Shown: positions 10,159 through 20,968 of the stretch, piece by piece | Numbering within the stretch: position 1 is the stretch's first letter | Layout: each line of letters begins with the position of its first letter | Assembly (NCBI GenBank): GCA_963796285.1 | Contig: CAWCKW010000012.1 | Location: forward strand, 96,001-160,000 | DNA from: Nitrospirota bacterium | GTDB lineage: Bacteria > Nitrospirota > UBA9217 | Direction of reading: 5' to 3' | Length of the DNA stretch: 64,000 nucleotides | Program-made: the position numbers and the translations under genes | The notes under the pieces: generated by a model | The model's database searches: none | Told to the model about the DNA's origin: nothing | The model's input: only the letters and a program-made list of their open reading frames with translations

Positions 10159-10545
10159 ATGAGAGAGTTTAAATGCGCAAGCCTCGGTAATAAGTGTAAT
10201 TGGAAGTATATTGCCAAAACAGAAGAGCGGCTCGCCGATGTCGCGGCTGTTCATCTGCGCGATGTCCACGGGATAACGGCTCTGAGCTCGGAAATGGTGA
10301 TAAAAATAAAAAATTCCTTCAGTAATCCCACACCGATCGAGGCAAAACAGGCTGAGAATCTGGTGATGAAAGAGATTTCCTGCAAGGACCTGGGATTTAC
10401 CTGTGGCTGGAAGTATATTGCACAGACAGAGGAACTGCTCGTCGACGGCGTTGCTGTACATGCCCGCGAGGCGCACGGCATAAAGGAATTTACCTCTGAA
10501 ATGGCCACCAAGGTGAAAAAACTTGCCCATGAGTGGAAAGGGTAG
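10159..10545 (+). CDS. Tandem DUF1059 small metal-binding protein
   Basis: Two repeats of CxxLGxxCxWKYIAxTEExL...H...HG. Confidence 0.8.
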   Translation: MREFKCASLGNKCNWKYIAKTEERLADVAAVHLRDVHGITALSSEMVIKIKNSFSNPTPIEAKQAENLVMKEISCKDLGFTCGWKYIAQTEELLVDGVAVHAREAHGIKEFTSEMATKVKKLAHEWKG

Positions 10546-10692
10546 GTTCAGAGAACAGAAGTCAAATGAGGATGGTTACTGCTGAATGCAGTGTCGTGAA
10601 GGCTGTCAGTTTGGTCTGTCAGCAAATTCGCAGGCAACAAGAGGGGTAAGAGGCCTCTGGCGCACCCTGCTCTTGCGATAACGCGGGCACAA

Positions 10693-10764
10693 GCAAAGCC
10701 GCTAAGACCGCAAAGAAAAGTGTTTGTTCTCCAGAATCCTTTGCGTTCTTTGCGGCTTTGCGCG
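10693..10764. repeat. Inverted 8/9-nt tandem array (CGCAAAG/CTTTGCG type)
   Basis: gcaaagccgctaagaccgcaaag...ctttgcgttctttgcggctttgcg. Confidence 0.7.
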
Positions 10765-10832
10765 AAAGTAGTCCTGTTTTATGGTTTTTCTTCCGATCCT
10801 AAACAGCTGCCGTTGTCCTGGTTGTTGAATCC

Positions 10833-12491
10833 TTACCTCTTCACCGTAACATCCACGCGTTTGTCAATGGAGTAGATGGGATAGATCTTGAAGTCCTGGA
10901 CCCAGGGCTGGATCACAAAATAATCAGCCTTGTGCCACATGAAGAGCCAGGGAGCATCCTTGATGACCCGGTCCTCGGCCTGGCGGTAGAGACGGTAGCG
11001 CAGTTTATCATCCATGGTCTGCTGGGCAACCTCTATCAGCCGGTCAAGTTCCGGATCGACGCATCGTGTTCGGTTCCCGGCTGAGCCAACGCTCGCTGAA
11101 TGGAAGAGCGGAAAGAGAAAGTTTTCCGGGTCAGGATAGTCGGCCCACCAGGACAGCCAGAACGCGTCCGGTTCCCCTTCATTCACCGCTTGCTTGAAGG
11201 CGCTCCAGTCAAGTTGTATGATCTCTGATTTGAGCCCCGCCCGGGCAAGATAGCTCTGGACGACCTCGATGATGTCCAGGACCTCAGGGTCCGCATTGAT
11301 GTAGATCTTTATTGTCATCCCTTCAACCCCTGCCTCGCGGATCAGGTTCTTAGCCTTGTCCGGGTTAAAATTGTATCCTTCCCGGTTCTGCAGCAACACC
11401 CTGCTCTTCCAGAGTCCCGGCGGGATCGGTCCACTGGCCGGAACACCGCGTTTTTCAAAGACCGTATTTAATATGTGTTTCCGGTCAACAGCCATATTCA
11501 CCGCTTGTCGTACCCGGATATCATTGAACGGAGGACGCGTGCAGTTGAGGCCGAGAAAATAGCTGTTCAATCCGGGCCTGCCGTATACCTGGTCGCGCCA
11601 AACAGGGTCGGTCGTGTAACGCTTGTATTCCGAGGAGGGGATCTGGAGCACATCGAGATGTCCGGTCTCGAATTCCATTACAGCGGTAAGGTCCTCGGGG
11701 ATGACACGGTAGTAGATGCCGGTCAGCTTCGGTTTGCCTTCGAAGTAGTCCTCCCGCGCCGTGAGCACGATGTGTTGACCGTGTTTCCATTCAGTGAGCA
11801 CATACGGGCCGCTGCCGGCGGGATGGGTGCCGAAGTCCTGTCCAAGACGCTCCACCTCTTCGCGGGGGACTACATACGCCGTGGTCATGGCAAGGAGCGA
11901 GAGGAAGGGACCGAACGGTCTTTGCAGTTTGATCACGAGGGTATGGTCGTTCATGACGCGGATGCCCGGGACGCCTCGGGTCTTGCCTGCCATAAAGTCG
12001 TTGGCGCCTTCGATCCTGTCGAGGACCCAGGTGAGAGGGGCTTTTGTTGCGGGTGCGAGCACGCGTTCGAAGGAATACTTGAAGTCCTGAGCCGTGATCT
12101 TCCTGCCGTTGCTGAACCGGGCGTCGGACCTGAGCCGAAAGGTATAGGTCACATGGTCATCTGACAGTTTCCATGAACGGGCGATATCGGGGACAAGATC
12201 GAGGTTCTCGTTGAAGCGGACGAGGCCATTGAAGAGCTTTGCGGCTATTCCCCCGCCTTGGACATCGGTGATCAAGGCGGGATCGAGGGTTGTCGGGTTG
12301 TTGTTCAGCCGGAGATACAGATGGCCCGGGAGGCGTCCATCATCGGACTTGTGGCAACCGGCGACAGGAGCGATCAGCAGTGTCAAGAGGAGAAGGCCCA
12401 GGAGTACCGGACACCTTCCGGATTTACCCGGAGGATCCTTTTTGAGACGCGTTGACGAGCGCTTTGAAAAGTTTCTTGGTGTATCGGTCAT
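10833..12491 (-). CDS. ABC transporter family 5 (peptide/nickel) substrate-binding lipoprotein
   Basis: Lipobox VAGC, PTTLDPA, LVPDIARSW, GSGPY, VRQAVNMAVDR, WADYPDPENFL; start uncertain. Confidence 0.88.
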   Translation of the reverse strand: MTDTPRNFSKRSSTRLKKDPPGKSGRCPVLLGLLLLTLLIAPVAGCHKSDDGRLPGHLYLRLNNNPTTLDPALITDVQGGGIAAKLFNGLVRFNENLDLVPDIARSWKLSDDHVTYTFRLRSDARFSNGRKITAQDFKYSFERVLAPATKAPLTWVLDRIEGANDFMAGKTRGVPGIRVMNDHTLVIKLQRPFGPFLSLLAMTTAYVVPREEVERLGQDFGTHPAGSGPYVLTEWKHGQHIVLTAREDYFEGKPKLTGIYYRVIPEDLTAVMEFETGHLDVLQIPSSEYKRYTTDPVWRDQVYGRPGLNSYFLGLNCTRPPFNDIRVRQAVNMAVDRKHILNTVFEKRGVPASGPIPPGLWKSRVLLQNREGYNFNPDKAKNLIREAGVEGMTIKIYINADPEVLDIIEVVQSYLARAGLKSEIIQLDWSAFKQAVNEGEPDAFWLSWWADYPDPENFLFPLFHSASVGSAGNRTRCVDPELDRLIEVAQQTMDDKLRYRLYRQAEDRVIKDAPWLFMWHKADYFVIQPWVQDFKIYPIYSIDKRVDVTVKR

Positions 12492-13143
12492 TGGGTGTTT
12501 TTTCCGGGTGCCACTGAATTGCCAAGAGAAAATTTTTTGTACGTGGCTCAAGGGCCTCGATCACCCGGTCGTGTGCCACGGCAGAGAGGTGGAGCCCCCT
12601 GCCGGGGTTTTTCACGCTCTGATGGTGAGCGCTGCGAACGCGGATCCGGGGAGTGCCCATGATATGCGAGAGCAGCGTTCCTTCGAAGATATCAACGTCA
12701 TGAAAGACCTTTTCTCCGGGCCGTGCCGCGCCATGCTGAATTGGATTGGGGACCTGAAGTCCGATGTCCTGATACAGCCTGCCGCCCAACGCGATGTTCA
12801 CGAGCTGCGCGCCGTAGCAAATCGCCAGCACGGGTTTTTTTGCCTTTGCCGCCGCATTGAAGAGCTCGATCTCGAACCGCGTGCGCGCATCGGGTGAGAT
12901 CCGCATGCGAGCGCCGGACAAGGGCTTCTCTTTATAAAAACGCGGATGAATATCATCTCCCCCGGTGAAGACAAAACCGTCCAGACGTTTGACCAGATCG
13001 GGAATGGACTTTTCTATCCCGAGGAGTGGGACGGGAAACCCGCCCGCAAGAAACACCGCCTTGCCGTAATCCTGGTCAAGGATGTTCAGGTTCCTGGCGG
13101 GTTGCTCCTCAAGGTTCATGGTGATGCCGATCAATGGCTTCAT
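12424..13143 (-). CDS. Gamma-glutamyl-GABA hydrolase / peptidase C26 family glutamine amidotransferase
   Basis: KPLIGIT, FTGGDDIHP, LAICYGAQLVN, HHQSV, QWHPE. Confidence 0.88.
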   Translation of the reverse strand: MKPLIGITMNLEEQPARNLNILDQDYGKAVFLAGGFPVPLLGIEKSIPDLVKRLDGFVFTGGDDIHPRFYKEKPLSGARMRISPDARTRFEIELFNAAAKAKKPVLAICYGAQLVNIALGGRLYQDIGLQVPNPIQHGAARPGEKVFHDVDIFEGTLLSHIMGTPRIRVRSAHHQSVKNPGRGLHLSAVAHDRVIEALEPRTKNFLLAIQWHPEKTPNDRYTKKLFKALVNASQKGSSG

Positions 13144-13473
13144 GCACATACCTCCATACATAGCGATGACGATCAATGAAGATAGTTATAGCATATTTCA
13201 GGAGGCATGTCAGTGTGAGATTATAATTTGAGACTTATTGTTGCCAAGCTGTGGTTGTGCATCAGCTATTCTTATAATTTTAAACAAGGATTAATTCTAT
13301 TTTACGTCACCTGACATAACCAGGACAGGCCGGAAACAGATAATTTTTTTCAGGATAACGCGATACGCCGGATTATAATTCAGGGACATTGCCTCCTGTA
13401 GATCCTTTCCTCTTGTCAGAGACCATTTCCGATGTATACATTCCCCTTTTCAGAAGAATACGTTTCTGATAAA

Positions 13474-14396
13474 CTAACCCAGGAGCGTATCGAGCACTGC
13501 TTTTTGTACGTGCAGACGGTTCTCGGCCTGGTCGAAGATCACGGACTGCGGACCGTCGATCACCTCGGCGGTGATCTCCTCGCCCCGGTGCGCGGGCAAG
13601 CAGTGCATCACGAGCGCGCCTTTATTGGCCGCCTTCATGAGTTTCCCGTCGACCTGGTACCATCCGGAACGCCTTAAGTCGCTTGGCGTGTTCAGCTTCC
13701 TGTCCCATGCTCGCCCAGACATCGGTGTACACGACGTCGGCGTTCCTTACGGCGCGAGAAGGATCATCGGTGACCATCACGCTCGCGCCGGTTTTCCTTC
13801 CTTCTGATTTTCGCCGCGCCCAGGATTGCGGCATCAAGCTCGTATCCACGGGGACAGGCGATGGCGAAATGCATGCCGACTTTCACGCAGGCCTGGATCA
13901 GCGAGTTGGCGACGTTGTTCCCGTCTCCCACGTACGCAAGGGTGAGTCCCTTCAGCTTTTTCTTCTTTTCCTGTATCGTGAGGAGGTCCGCAAGGGCCTG
14001 GCACGGGTGATGAAGATCGGTAAGACCGTTGATCACCGGGATCGAGGCAGAGCGGGCAAGCTTCTCGACTGTTGCCTGGGCAAAGGTGCGTATCATGATG
14101 CCATCGAGGTAGCGCGAGAGCGTGCGTGCCGTGTCCGCGATGGTTTCGCCGCGGCCGATCTGGAGGTCGTCCGGCGACAGGAACAGCGCCTGGCCGCCGA
14201 GCTGGAACATGCCGACCTCGAAGGACACCCGCGTCCGTGTCGAGGATTTTTCGAAGATCATGCCGAGTGACTTTCCCTTGAGCGTCTGATGGTCTTTGCC
14301 CCGTTTCTGCATTTTCTTCAGGACCGCTGAGCGCTTGAGTATCTTCGCAATGTCCTTCGGGGCAAGGTCGGTAATGGCAAGCAGATCTTTTTTCAT
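13474..14396 (-). pseudogene. argF: Ornithine carbamoyltransferase with two single-base frameshifts (possibly sequencing errors)
   Basis: [19 protein letters not shown] in one frame; [12 protein letters not shown] in a second; [18 protein letters not shown] in a third; shifts near 13810 and 13665. Confidence 0.85.
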
Positions 14397-14456
14397 GTGT
14401 TCTCCAGAAGCGGTTGATAGCTTGCAGCATGTCGTCTCGTGCTGCGAGCTGCTGTC

Positions 14457-15650
14457 TCAGCGTTTCGCGAAGATCCGGTCGAGCGCCTCGATGAGCAGGT
14501 CGATCTCTTCCTCGCTGATGATGAGCGGCGGCATGAACCGCAGGACGGTGTCCATGGTGCAGTTGATCAGCAGGCCTTCCCTCAGGCAGGCAGAGACGAT
14601 GTCTTTGCAGGGGACGTCCAGTTCCAGGCCGATCAGGAGCCCTTGTCCCCGCACGTCCCTCACAAAGGAATATTTTTGTTTCAGTTTTCCAAGACCCTGC
14701 AGGAAGTAGGCGCCGAGCTGCGCTACATTCGGAATGATGATGTTGTCCTCGAGCAGGGCTTCGACCGATGCAATTGCCGCGGCACAGGCCAGCGGGTTGC
14801 CGCCAAAGGTCGAGCCGTGGGTCCCGGGCGTAAATGCCTGAGAGATCTTGTCCGTCGCAAGGAGCGCGCCGATCGGCATGCCTCCGCCGAGTCCTTTGGC
14901 GAGCATCATAACATCGGGTAGTATGCCGGCATGTTCATAGCCGTAGAGTTTGCCCGTCCGGCCCAAGCCGGTCTGGATCTCGTCAAGCATGAGCAGGATA
15001 TTGTTTTTGTCGCAGAGCGCCCGGAGTTCCTTCAGGTACGACGGCGCCGGCACGATCACCCCGCCCTCGCCCTGGATCGGTTCCACGAGCACGGCACAGG
15101 TATGTCCATTCAGCGCCCCTTCGATGGCCCCGATATCATTGAACGGGACGTACCGGAACCCCGGAACGATAGGCTCAAACCCCTTGTGGAACTTTTCCTG
15201 GGCCGTGGCGGAGAGGGAGCCGTAGGTCCTTCCGTGGAAGGCGCCGCGCATGGTGATGATCTCGAACCGGTCCTGTTTCAGGACCTCCCGGGCATACCGC
15301 CGCGCGAGCTTGATGGCGGCCTCGACTGCCTCGGTGCCGGAGTTGCAGAAGAACACCTTGTCGGCAAAGGAATTGGCGACGAGGGCTTTCGCCAGATTGA
15401 TCTGCGGTTCGTTGTGGAAGTGGTTCGATACATGCATCAGCCGCTGCGCCTGTTTCTGGAGCGCCACGACCACCCGCGGATGGCAGTGACCAAGGTTGCA
15501 CACCGCCACGCCGGACACGAAGTCGATGTACTCCCGTCCATCGGAATCGTAGACCTTCGTGCCCCGTCCCTTGACGAGCACGATCGGCTGCCGGCCGTAG
15601 GTGTTCATGATGTATTTATGGGAATCCGCTAGGATGTCGTTGGTGATCAT
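14457..15650 (-). CDS. argD: Acetylornithine aminotransferase
   Basis: FCNSGTEA, FHGRT, EPIQGEGG, DEIQTGLGRTG, AKGLGGG, HGSTFGGNP; upstream of argF. Confidence 0.92.
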   Translation of the reverse strand: MITNDILADSHKYIMNTYGRQPIVLVKGRGTKVYDSDGREYIDFVSGVAVCNLGHCHPRVVVALQKQAQRLMHVSNHFHNEPQINLAKALVANSFADKVFFCNSGTEAVEAAIKLARRYAREVLKQDRFEIITMRGAFHGRTYGSLSATAQEKFHKGFEPIVPGFRYVPFNDIGAIEGALNGHTCAVLVEPIQGEGGVIVPAPSYLKELRALCDKNNILLMLDEIQTGLGRTGKLYGYEHAGILPDVMMLAKGLGGGMPIGALLATDKISQAFTPGTHGSTFGGNPLACAAAIASVEALLEDNIIIPNVAQLGAYFLQGLGKLKQKYSFVRDVRGQGLLIGLELDVPCKDIVSACLREGLLINCTMDTVLRFMPPLIISEEEIDLLIEALDRIFAKR

Positions 15651-15765
15651 TGGTCGAAAGTAACATAACTGCCTTGAAAAATCAAACAGAAAGTGCTCTT
15701 AATAACCCCTTGTCTTTACACCGGAGTGATGATATTCTATGCCAATTATCATAGCGTAATAATCG

Positions 15766-15788
15766 GTAGCCGCAGGCTTTAGCCTGCG
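15766..15788. repeat. GTAG-type REP-like palindrome
   Basis: GTAGC-CGCAGGCT-TT-AGCCTGCG. Confidence 0.55.
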
Positions 15789-15807
15789 CCGTCAAGGGGG
15801 CTGAATT

Positions 15808-16080
15808 GTGGCTGATCTTCGATCATTCAAGCAAGACATTCAGTCCCTGGTCAGTAAGTTCGGGCAGGACAAAAACCACTACCTCCAGAAGGGCTATCCC
15901 GAGGCCCAGGTGCGGATCGACTTCCTGAATCCTTTCTTCGATGCCCTCGGCTGGGACATCGAGAACAAGGCCCACAAGCCGCCCCATGAACGCGACGTGA
16001 TCGTCGAGCTTTCCCCTGAAACATCCCTTTGGCCTGATTACAACTTCCGCATTAACGGCAATACCAAATTCTTCGTCGAA
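15808..16080 (+). pseudogene. N-terminal fragment of a type IIG/type I-like restriction enzyme
   Basis: YPEAQVRIDFLNPFFDALGWD...DVIVE...PDYNFRING..KFFVE, ending just before the expected E-A-K motif is completed. Confidence 0.7.
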
Positions 16081-16363
16081 AGAGGTTCCAATACGGAATT
16101 CATCCAATTTCTTTTTAGCCAAAGGCTCATGTGGAGAAGTAAGAACACAGCTTTATGCAGCGTTGGACCGGGCATACGTTACGCCGGAGGAATTTCGAGC
16201 GGGAAAAGAACTTTGCGTGGACGTATCAGGCCAAATTTGAGGTTTGATCCAGTATCTGAAAGGTTCGCGACTCAAGGGTGAAAAATTCAAAACCGGATAT
16301 AAAAGCTTCCGTGACGAGGAGCAGGAGGCTGTGCAGTCATTTTATGATCAAAAACAGCCTTAG
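16078..16363 (+). pseudogene. C-terminal remnant of four-helix-bundle (23S rRNA IVP/Avd-like) protein
   Basis: ERGSNTEFIQFLF / AKGSCGEVRTQLYAALDRAYVT...GLIQYLKGS..KGEKFK, with one frameshift and one in-frame TGA. Confidence 0.7.
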
Positions 16364-16369
16364 ATTTCT

Positions 16370-16435
16370 TTGAACCTTAAATCTTGAATCTTGAATTCGC
16401 TGTATAATTGAATTTTGAATATTGAATTTTAAATA
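16370..16435. repeat. Heptamer tandem array (TTGAATn)
   Basis: ttgaacc ttaaatc ttgaatc ttgaatt ... ttgaatt ttgaata ttgaatt ttaaata. Confidence 0.7.
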
Positions 16436-16455
16436 TGGTTTAAGGAAGGCGTATC

Positions 16456-17064
16456 ATGGGCGAAAGTTTACTTGCTAAAGCCGATTTCCTTCGGGAGATA
16501 TTCGATGCGATACCCGCCATGCTGCTGATCGTCGATAACGATGTGCGCATACTCCATGTCAACGCTACGGCCGCGAGCGGTCTCGGCCTCGATATCAGTA
16601 AAGTCCATCGTAAACGGGGAGGCGAGGCGCTGCACTGTGTTCATTCGACGGACGTCCCTGAAGGATGCGGCAGGGCCCCGGCCTGCTCGGACTGCGTGAT
16701 CAGGAATTCCGTCGGGATGGCCCTCCGGGGAGGGAAAACATACCGCAAGAGCGCCATGATGGAGCTTGGAACCGGCGAGATGAAGAAGGAACTGCATCTC
16801 CTGGTCACGGCCGCGCCGTTTCTTCACGACGAAAAGACCTATGTTCTTCTGACCATCGAGAACGTAAGCGAGCTGATACAGCTGAAAAGCCTCTTGCCGA
16901 TCTGCATGCACTGCAAAAAGATCAGGAATGATGAAGGGTACTGGAAGGATGTCGCGGAATACTTCAATGCTCGCCTGGATGTCGATTTTTCCCACGGACT
17001 CTGCAATGAGTGCTTTGAGAAGTACTATCCCGATCTGGCGAAGGGGGTAGGAGGGGGACGTTGA
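16456..17064 (+). CDS. PAS-like protein with C-terminal Cys/His metal-binding module
   Basis: IFDAIP..LLIVD...VN, GEALHC..C...CSDC, LPICMHCKKIR..GYW...FSHGLCNEC. Confidence 0.75.
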   Translation: MGESLLAKADFLREIFDAIPAMLLIVDNDVRILHVNATAASGLGLDISKVHRKRGGEALHCVHSTDVPEGCGRAPACSDCVIRNSVGMALRGGKTYRKSAMMELGTGEMKKELHLLVTAAPFLHDEKTYVLLTIENVSELIQLKSLLPICMHCKKIRNDEGYWKDVAEYFNARLDVDFSHGLCNECFEKYYPDLAKGVGGGR

Positions 17065-17258
17065 TGCGCCCGTTGCATTGCGATTAATGATTCCATAGTT
17101 CCAGGTTTGCTATGCCTGACTTTTGAAATATGTTGCAAGGATAGACGAAGGATGCGAAAAAACCGCGACAGTAAGAAGAGTTGATTGTTTTGTTTTCAAC
17201 GCCCTATATTGTTGGATTGCAGTGAACCTTTTTTGTTCGAAATTTCGGGGGCAGTCCT

Positions 17259-19010
17259 ATGACAAGTGACTTGAGAAAAACGCGCAAAAACTGGAAGCCG
17301 TTCCTGCTGAAATTAACACCCGCCCGGATCGCGCTGCTCTATGCCGTGGCAGGTTGTCTGTGGATCGCGTTTTCAGACATAGCGCTCACTGCGCGTGTCC
17401 ATGACGTGTATATGATCACCCTGATCGCTTTGACGAAAGGCTGGTTGTACGTTGCCGTTACCGCGATCATTCTCTATCTGCTCATCCGGCGAGGCGAGGC
17501 GACCCTGCGCGAGAGCGAGATGAAGTTCCGCATGCTGGCGGATACGGCGGCCGCGGCGATCTTCATTTATCGGGACGCGACATTTCTCTCTGTCAACGCA
17601 ACGTCGCAGAAAATGACCGGATACTCGCAGGAGGAGCTGTTACGCATGAATTTCTGGGACGTGGTCCATCCTGATCATCGGGCCATGGTGCGGCAACGCG
17701 CTGTCGCCCGCTTGAGCGGCGACGACGTTGTTATGCGGTTTGAATTCAAAATTGTCACCAAACTCGGTGAGGAACGCTGGGTGGATTTCACGTCGGGCAT
17801 CATCGAGTTTGAGGGAAGACGAGCGGTGCTCGGTACGGCATATGACGTGACCGAGCGCAAAAAGCTTGAAGATCAGCTCCGACAGTCCCAAAAGATCGAG
17901 GCCGTCGGACAGCTCGCCGGCGGGGTGGCCCACGATTTTAATAATATCCTTACCGCGATCATAGGGTATGGACACATCATAAAAATGAAACTGCCGGAAC
18001 ACGATCCTCTCCGCTCCTATGTTGATCAGATATTGACGTCCGCGGAACGGGCGGCGAATCTCACCAGCGGGCTCCTTGCTTTCAGCAGAAAACAAGTCAT
18101 TCAGCCGCATCCGGTGAATATAGATGAAATTATCACACGTGTGGGCCGCCTTCTCACGCGACTTATTGGAGAGGACATCGAGTTGAACATGAAACTGGGC
18201 TGCGGGGAGACTGCGATCCTTGCGGACCCGGGTCAGATAGAACTGGTGCTTATGAACCTGGCGACCAATGCGCGGGACGCCATGCCGGACGGCGGGGCGC
18301 TGACCATTACAACGGGCCGAGTGGAACTGGATCGGGACTTTATCGATACCTACGGTTTCGGCGTTGCCGGGTCCTATGCGCTGATATCCGCGACGGATAC
18401 GGGTGTCGGTATGGACCAGAAGACGCAGGACCGCATCTTCGAGCCTTTTTTCACGACCAAGGAGGTCGGCAAGGGTACCGGACTCGGCATGGCCGTCGTC
18501 TACGGGATCATCAAACAGCACGAAGGTTATATCACCGTTTACAGCGAACCGGGCAAAGGCACAACATATAAAATATACCTGCCTATGACCCAGGCGACGA
18601 TCGAGCAAAAGAGAACGTTGAAAACGGCCGACGCGTCGGGCGGCTCTGAAACGATTCTCGTGGCCGAGGATGACGATGCGGTCAGGGGCCTCACCGTGAA
18701 GCTGTTGACGGAGGCGGGTTATCGGGTGATTGAAGCTTCGAATGGTGAGGAGGCGGTCCGAAAATATAAGGAACAAAAAGACGCGATACAACTCCTGGTG
18801 CTCGATGTGGTCATGCCGCGGAAAAACGGGAAAGAGGCATATGATGAGATATGTGGAATCCGGCCCGATATTAAGACGATCTTCATGAGCGGCTATGCGG
18901 GAGATGTTTTCGAAAGAAAGCATATTATCGGGGAGCGTTTCAACATCATCAGGAAGCCCGTGTCACCGTTGTCCTTGCTGCGTAAAGTGCGGAAAATCCT
19001 CGATGCCTGA
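17259..19010 (+). CDS. Membrane hybrid sensor histidine kinase (PAS-HisKA-HATPase-REC)
   Basis: [37 protein letters not shown], receiver domain LDVVMP. Confidence 0.93.
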   Translation: MTSDLRKTRKNWKPFLLKLTPARIALLYAVAGCLWIAFSDIALTARVHDVYMITLIALTKGWLYVAVTAIILYLLIRRGEATLRESEMKFRMLADTAAAAIFIYRDATFLSVNATSQKMTGYSQEELLRMNFWDVVHPDHRAMVRQRAVARLSGDDVVMRFEFKIVTKLGEERWVDFTSGIIEFEGRRAVLGTAYDVTERKKLEDQLRQSQKIEAVGQLAGGVAHDFNNILTAIIGYGHIIKMKLPEHDPLRSYVDQILTSAERAANLTSGLLAFSRKQVIQPHPVNIDEIITRVGRLLTRLIGEDIELNMKLGCGETAILADPGQIELVLMNLATNARDAMPDGGALTITTGRVELDRDFIDTYGFGVAGSYALISATDTGVGMDQKTQDRIFEPFFTTKEVGKGTGLGMAVVYGIIKQHEGYITVYSEPGKGTTYKIYLPMTQATIEQKRTLKTADASGGSETILVAEDDDAVRGLTVKLLTEAGYRVIEASNGEEAVRKYKEQKDAIQLLVLDVVMPRKNGKEAYDEICGIRPDIKTIFMSGYAGDVFERKHIIGERFNIIRKPVSPLSLLRKVRKILDA

Positions 19011-19051
19011 CCGGCGCGTAAAAAAACTTCATTGAACCGAAGGGAGAAGCC

Positions 19052-19450
19052 ATGAATTTCTTTACCTGGAAAGACAGCTTTGCCATCGGCATCGAAAAGA
19101 TCGACCAGCAACACAAGTTATTCCTCGAGTACTTGAACGAGTGCCACCAGCAGGCATCCCGCAACAGCAGCGCGGGGATTGATCCCCACCTTCATGATAA
19201 ACTCAAGGAATATGCAACCACGCACTTTCGTTTTGAAGAATCTTTGCTCCAGGCAAGGGGCTATCCCGATTTGGAATCCCATATGAAGCAGCACAAGTAC
19301 TTTGAATCGCAAATAGCGGAATTAGATGCCAAGCAATCCGGAGAGCGGGCGAGGACTTCCGAAAGCCTTTTTGTGTTTCTCAGGGACTGGTTCTTGCGTC
19401 ACATTTTGGAGGATGACAAGAAATTCGTACCCTTTATAAGTCAGGCATAA
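19052..19450 (+). CDS. Bacteriohemerythrin
   Basis: W...FAIGI..IDQQH, HF..EE, H...H, WFLRHILEDD. Confidence 0.9.
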   Translation: MNFFTWKDSFAIGIEKIDQQHKLFLEYLNECHQQASRNSSAGIDPHLHDKLKEYATTHFRFEESLLQARGYPDLESHMKQHKYFESQIAELDAKQSGERARTSESLFVFLRDWFLRHILEDDKKFVPFISQA

Positions 19451-19602
19451 TGTCCATCAGAAGGCCACGAGCTGATCGTATGGCCTGTTCGGAATAATCG
19501 GCAAGCGAATTTTCGGGATGTTGTCGTACAAGTTGGGTTGCGAGGGCCCAAGCAGGATTTGTTTTATCGGGTAGCAGACAAAGAATTTTTCCAAAGAGAA
19601 TA

Positions 19603-19639
19603 AACAAACCGCCGGGGGCATGGTCCTCGGCGGTTTGTT
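19603..19639. terminator. Hairpin terminator between convergent genes
   Basis: AACAAACCGCCG...CGGCGGTTTGTT. Confidence 0.6.
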
Positions 19640-19768
19640 ATTTCAGAAAGACATCCAACATTGCCTCTGGATTGATAGTATGTTCCGGAAGGCTCCGCTA
19701 CTTCTGTTCACGTCTGATCCCGGCTGTATAAGCCGTCATATCCACAGGCCCGGTTTCTTATCAGGCCT

Positions 19769-20968
19769 TCATCCGAACATGAACCTGACCAACCCCACGA
19801 TAAACACCAGCAGCACCGGTACATACATCAAGCGGTAGGTACCGGCCATGTCGGCCTTGAAATACTGGATCGTCAGCAGCAGGCAGAGGTGGGTGGGGGA
19901 GAGCATCACGCCGGCGAAGCCGCTTGCGAAGGCGAAGGTGACCGTGGTTGGGTCCGGGTGGCCGCCCATCATGGCCGTGATGATCGGGAAGGTGGCGCCG
20001 ACGAAACCGACGGTGAGGCCCGTCAACAGTCCGACGATGAAGGGAAGAGCGAACAGGACAACACCGGTCGGCAGACCGCTCTGTTTGAAGAACAACGGCA
20101 ACGCTTCGATAGCGCCGGATGCGTCGAGCATGCCCTTGAACACCAGGATGCCGACGACCATCAGCATGACATTGAACGAAACGCTTTCGCGGAGCGTGGT
20201 CCAAAGCTCGCTGATGGTGTACCGGAAGAACAGGAACATGGCGATCACGATCGATGCCATGGCAATGGCCAGCGGCAGTTTGAACACGACAACAAGGACA
20301 ATCGAGACAGTGATCGGCAGCAGGGACACGAAGAGCGCCTTGAACTCGTTCCAGTCCCGTTTTCCCGCAATGGTCCTGGCCGCTGTTCCCCGAAATCCGA
20401 GCAGCGCCCCGACGGCGATGACCGCGATCGGCAGCGGGAGCTGGGAAAGAAGCAGCTTGTTGACGGGGGTTTTCGTTATTGCGGCGGCAAGCACGATGCC
20501 GGGGTAGAGCGGCGAGATATATTCCCAGATGTGCCGGAACCAGTAATTGACGAAGGCCTTGTGTTCCGGTCTCATGTCCGCGTCAGCAGCCGCCTCCTGC
20601 ACCATGGGTGCGGAGAAGGCCGCTCCGCCTGCCGAGGGCAGGAGGCCGATCACGCCGGGCAGCACGGCCATGGCGATGCGGCGGTCCCTGGACACGTTCA
20701 CGACGGCCTCCATCAAGCGTTTGAGCACACCCCGCTTCCTGATGATGTTCTCGAGCACCATGATGAGAACGAGACCGGTCACGAGGTTGATCGTCACCAT
20801 ATCAATGCTGGAGGCGAAGATGACCTGCGCCTGTTTCATTGGTCCGATGAGATAGAGCGAACCGAGGAAGACGGCTCCCAACAACATCACGAGCCCGAGG
20901 TTCCAGCGGAGGCGGAGGAGGAGTACGATGAGCGCGAAGGAAGCGCCTATCTTTATCAGGTCCGTCAT
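19769..20968 (-). CDS. DUF401 family membrane transporter-like protein
   Basis: IGLLPSAGGAAFSAPMV, NYWFRHIWE...PLYPG, MLSPTHLCL; ATGA overlap with upstream gene. Confidence 0.8.
   Translation of the reverse strand: MTDLIKIGASFALIVLLLRLRWNLGLVMLLGAVFLGSLYLIGPMKQAQVIFASSIDMVTINLVTGLVLIMVLENIIRKRGVLKRLMEAVVNVSRDRRIAMAVLPGVIGLLPSAGGAAFSAPMVQEAAADADMRPEHKAFVNYWFRHIWEYISPLYPGIVLAAAITKTPVNKLLLSQLPLPIAVIAVGALLGFRGTAARTIAGKRDWNEFKALFVSLLPITVSIVLVVVFKLPLAIAMASIVIAMFLFFRYTISELWTTLRESVSFNVMLMVVGILVFKGMLDASGAIEALPLFFKQSGLPTGVVLFALPFIVGLLTGLTVGFVGATFPIITAMMGGHPDPTTVTFAFASGFAGVMLSPTHLCLLLTIQYFKADMAGTYRLMYVPVLLVFIVGLVRFMFG

Noticed and set aside
13474-14396. Programmed frameshifting in argF
   Set aside because: Two independent shifts would be needed with no canonical slippery site; sequencing error is more parsimonious.
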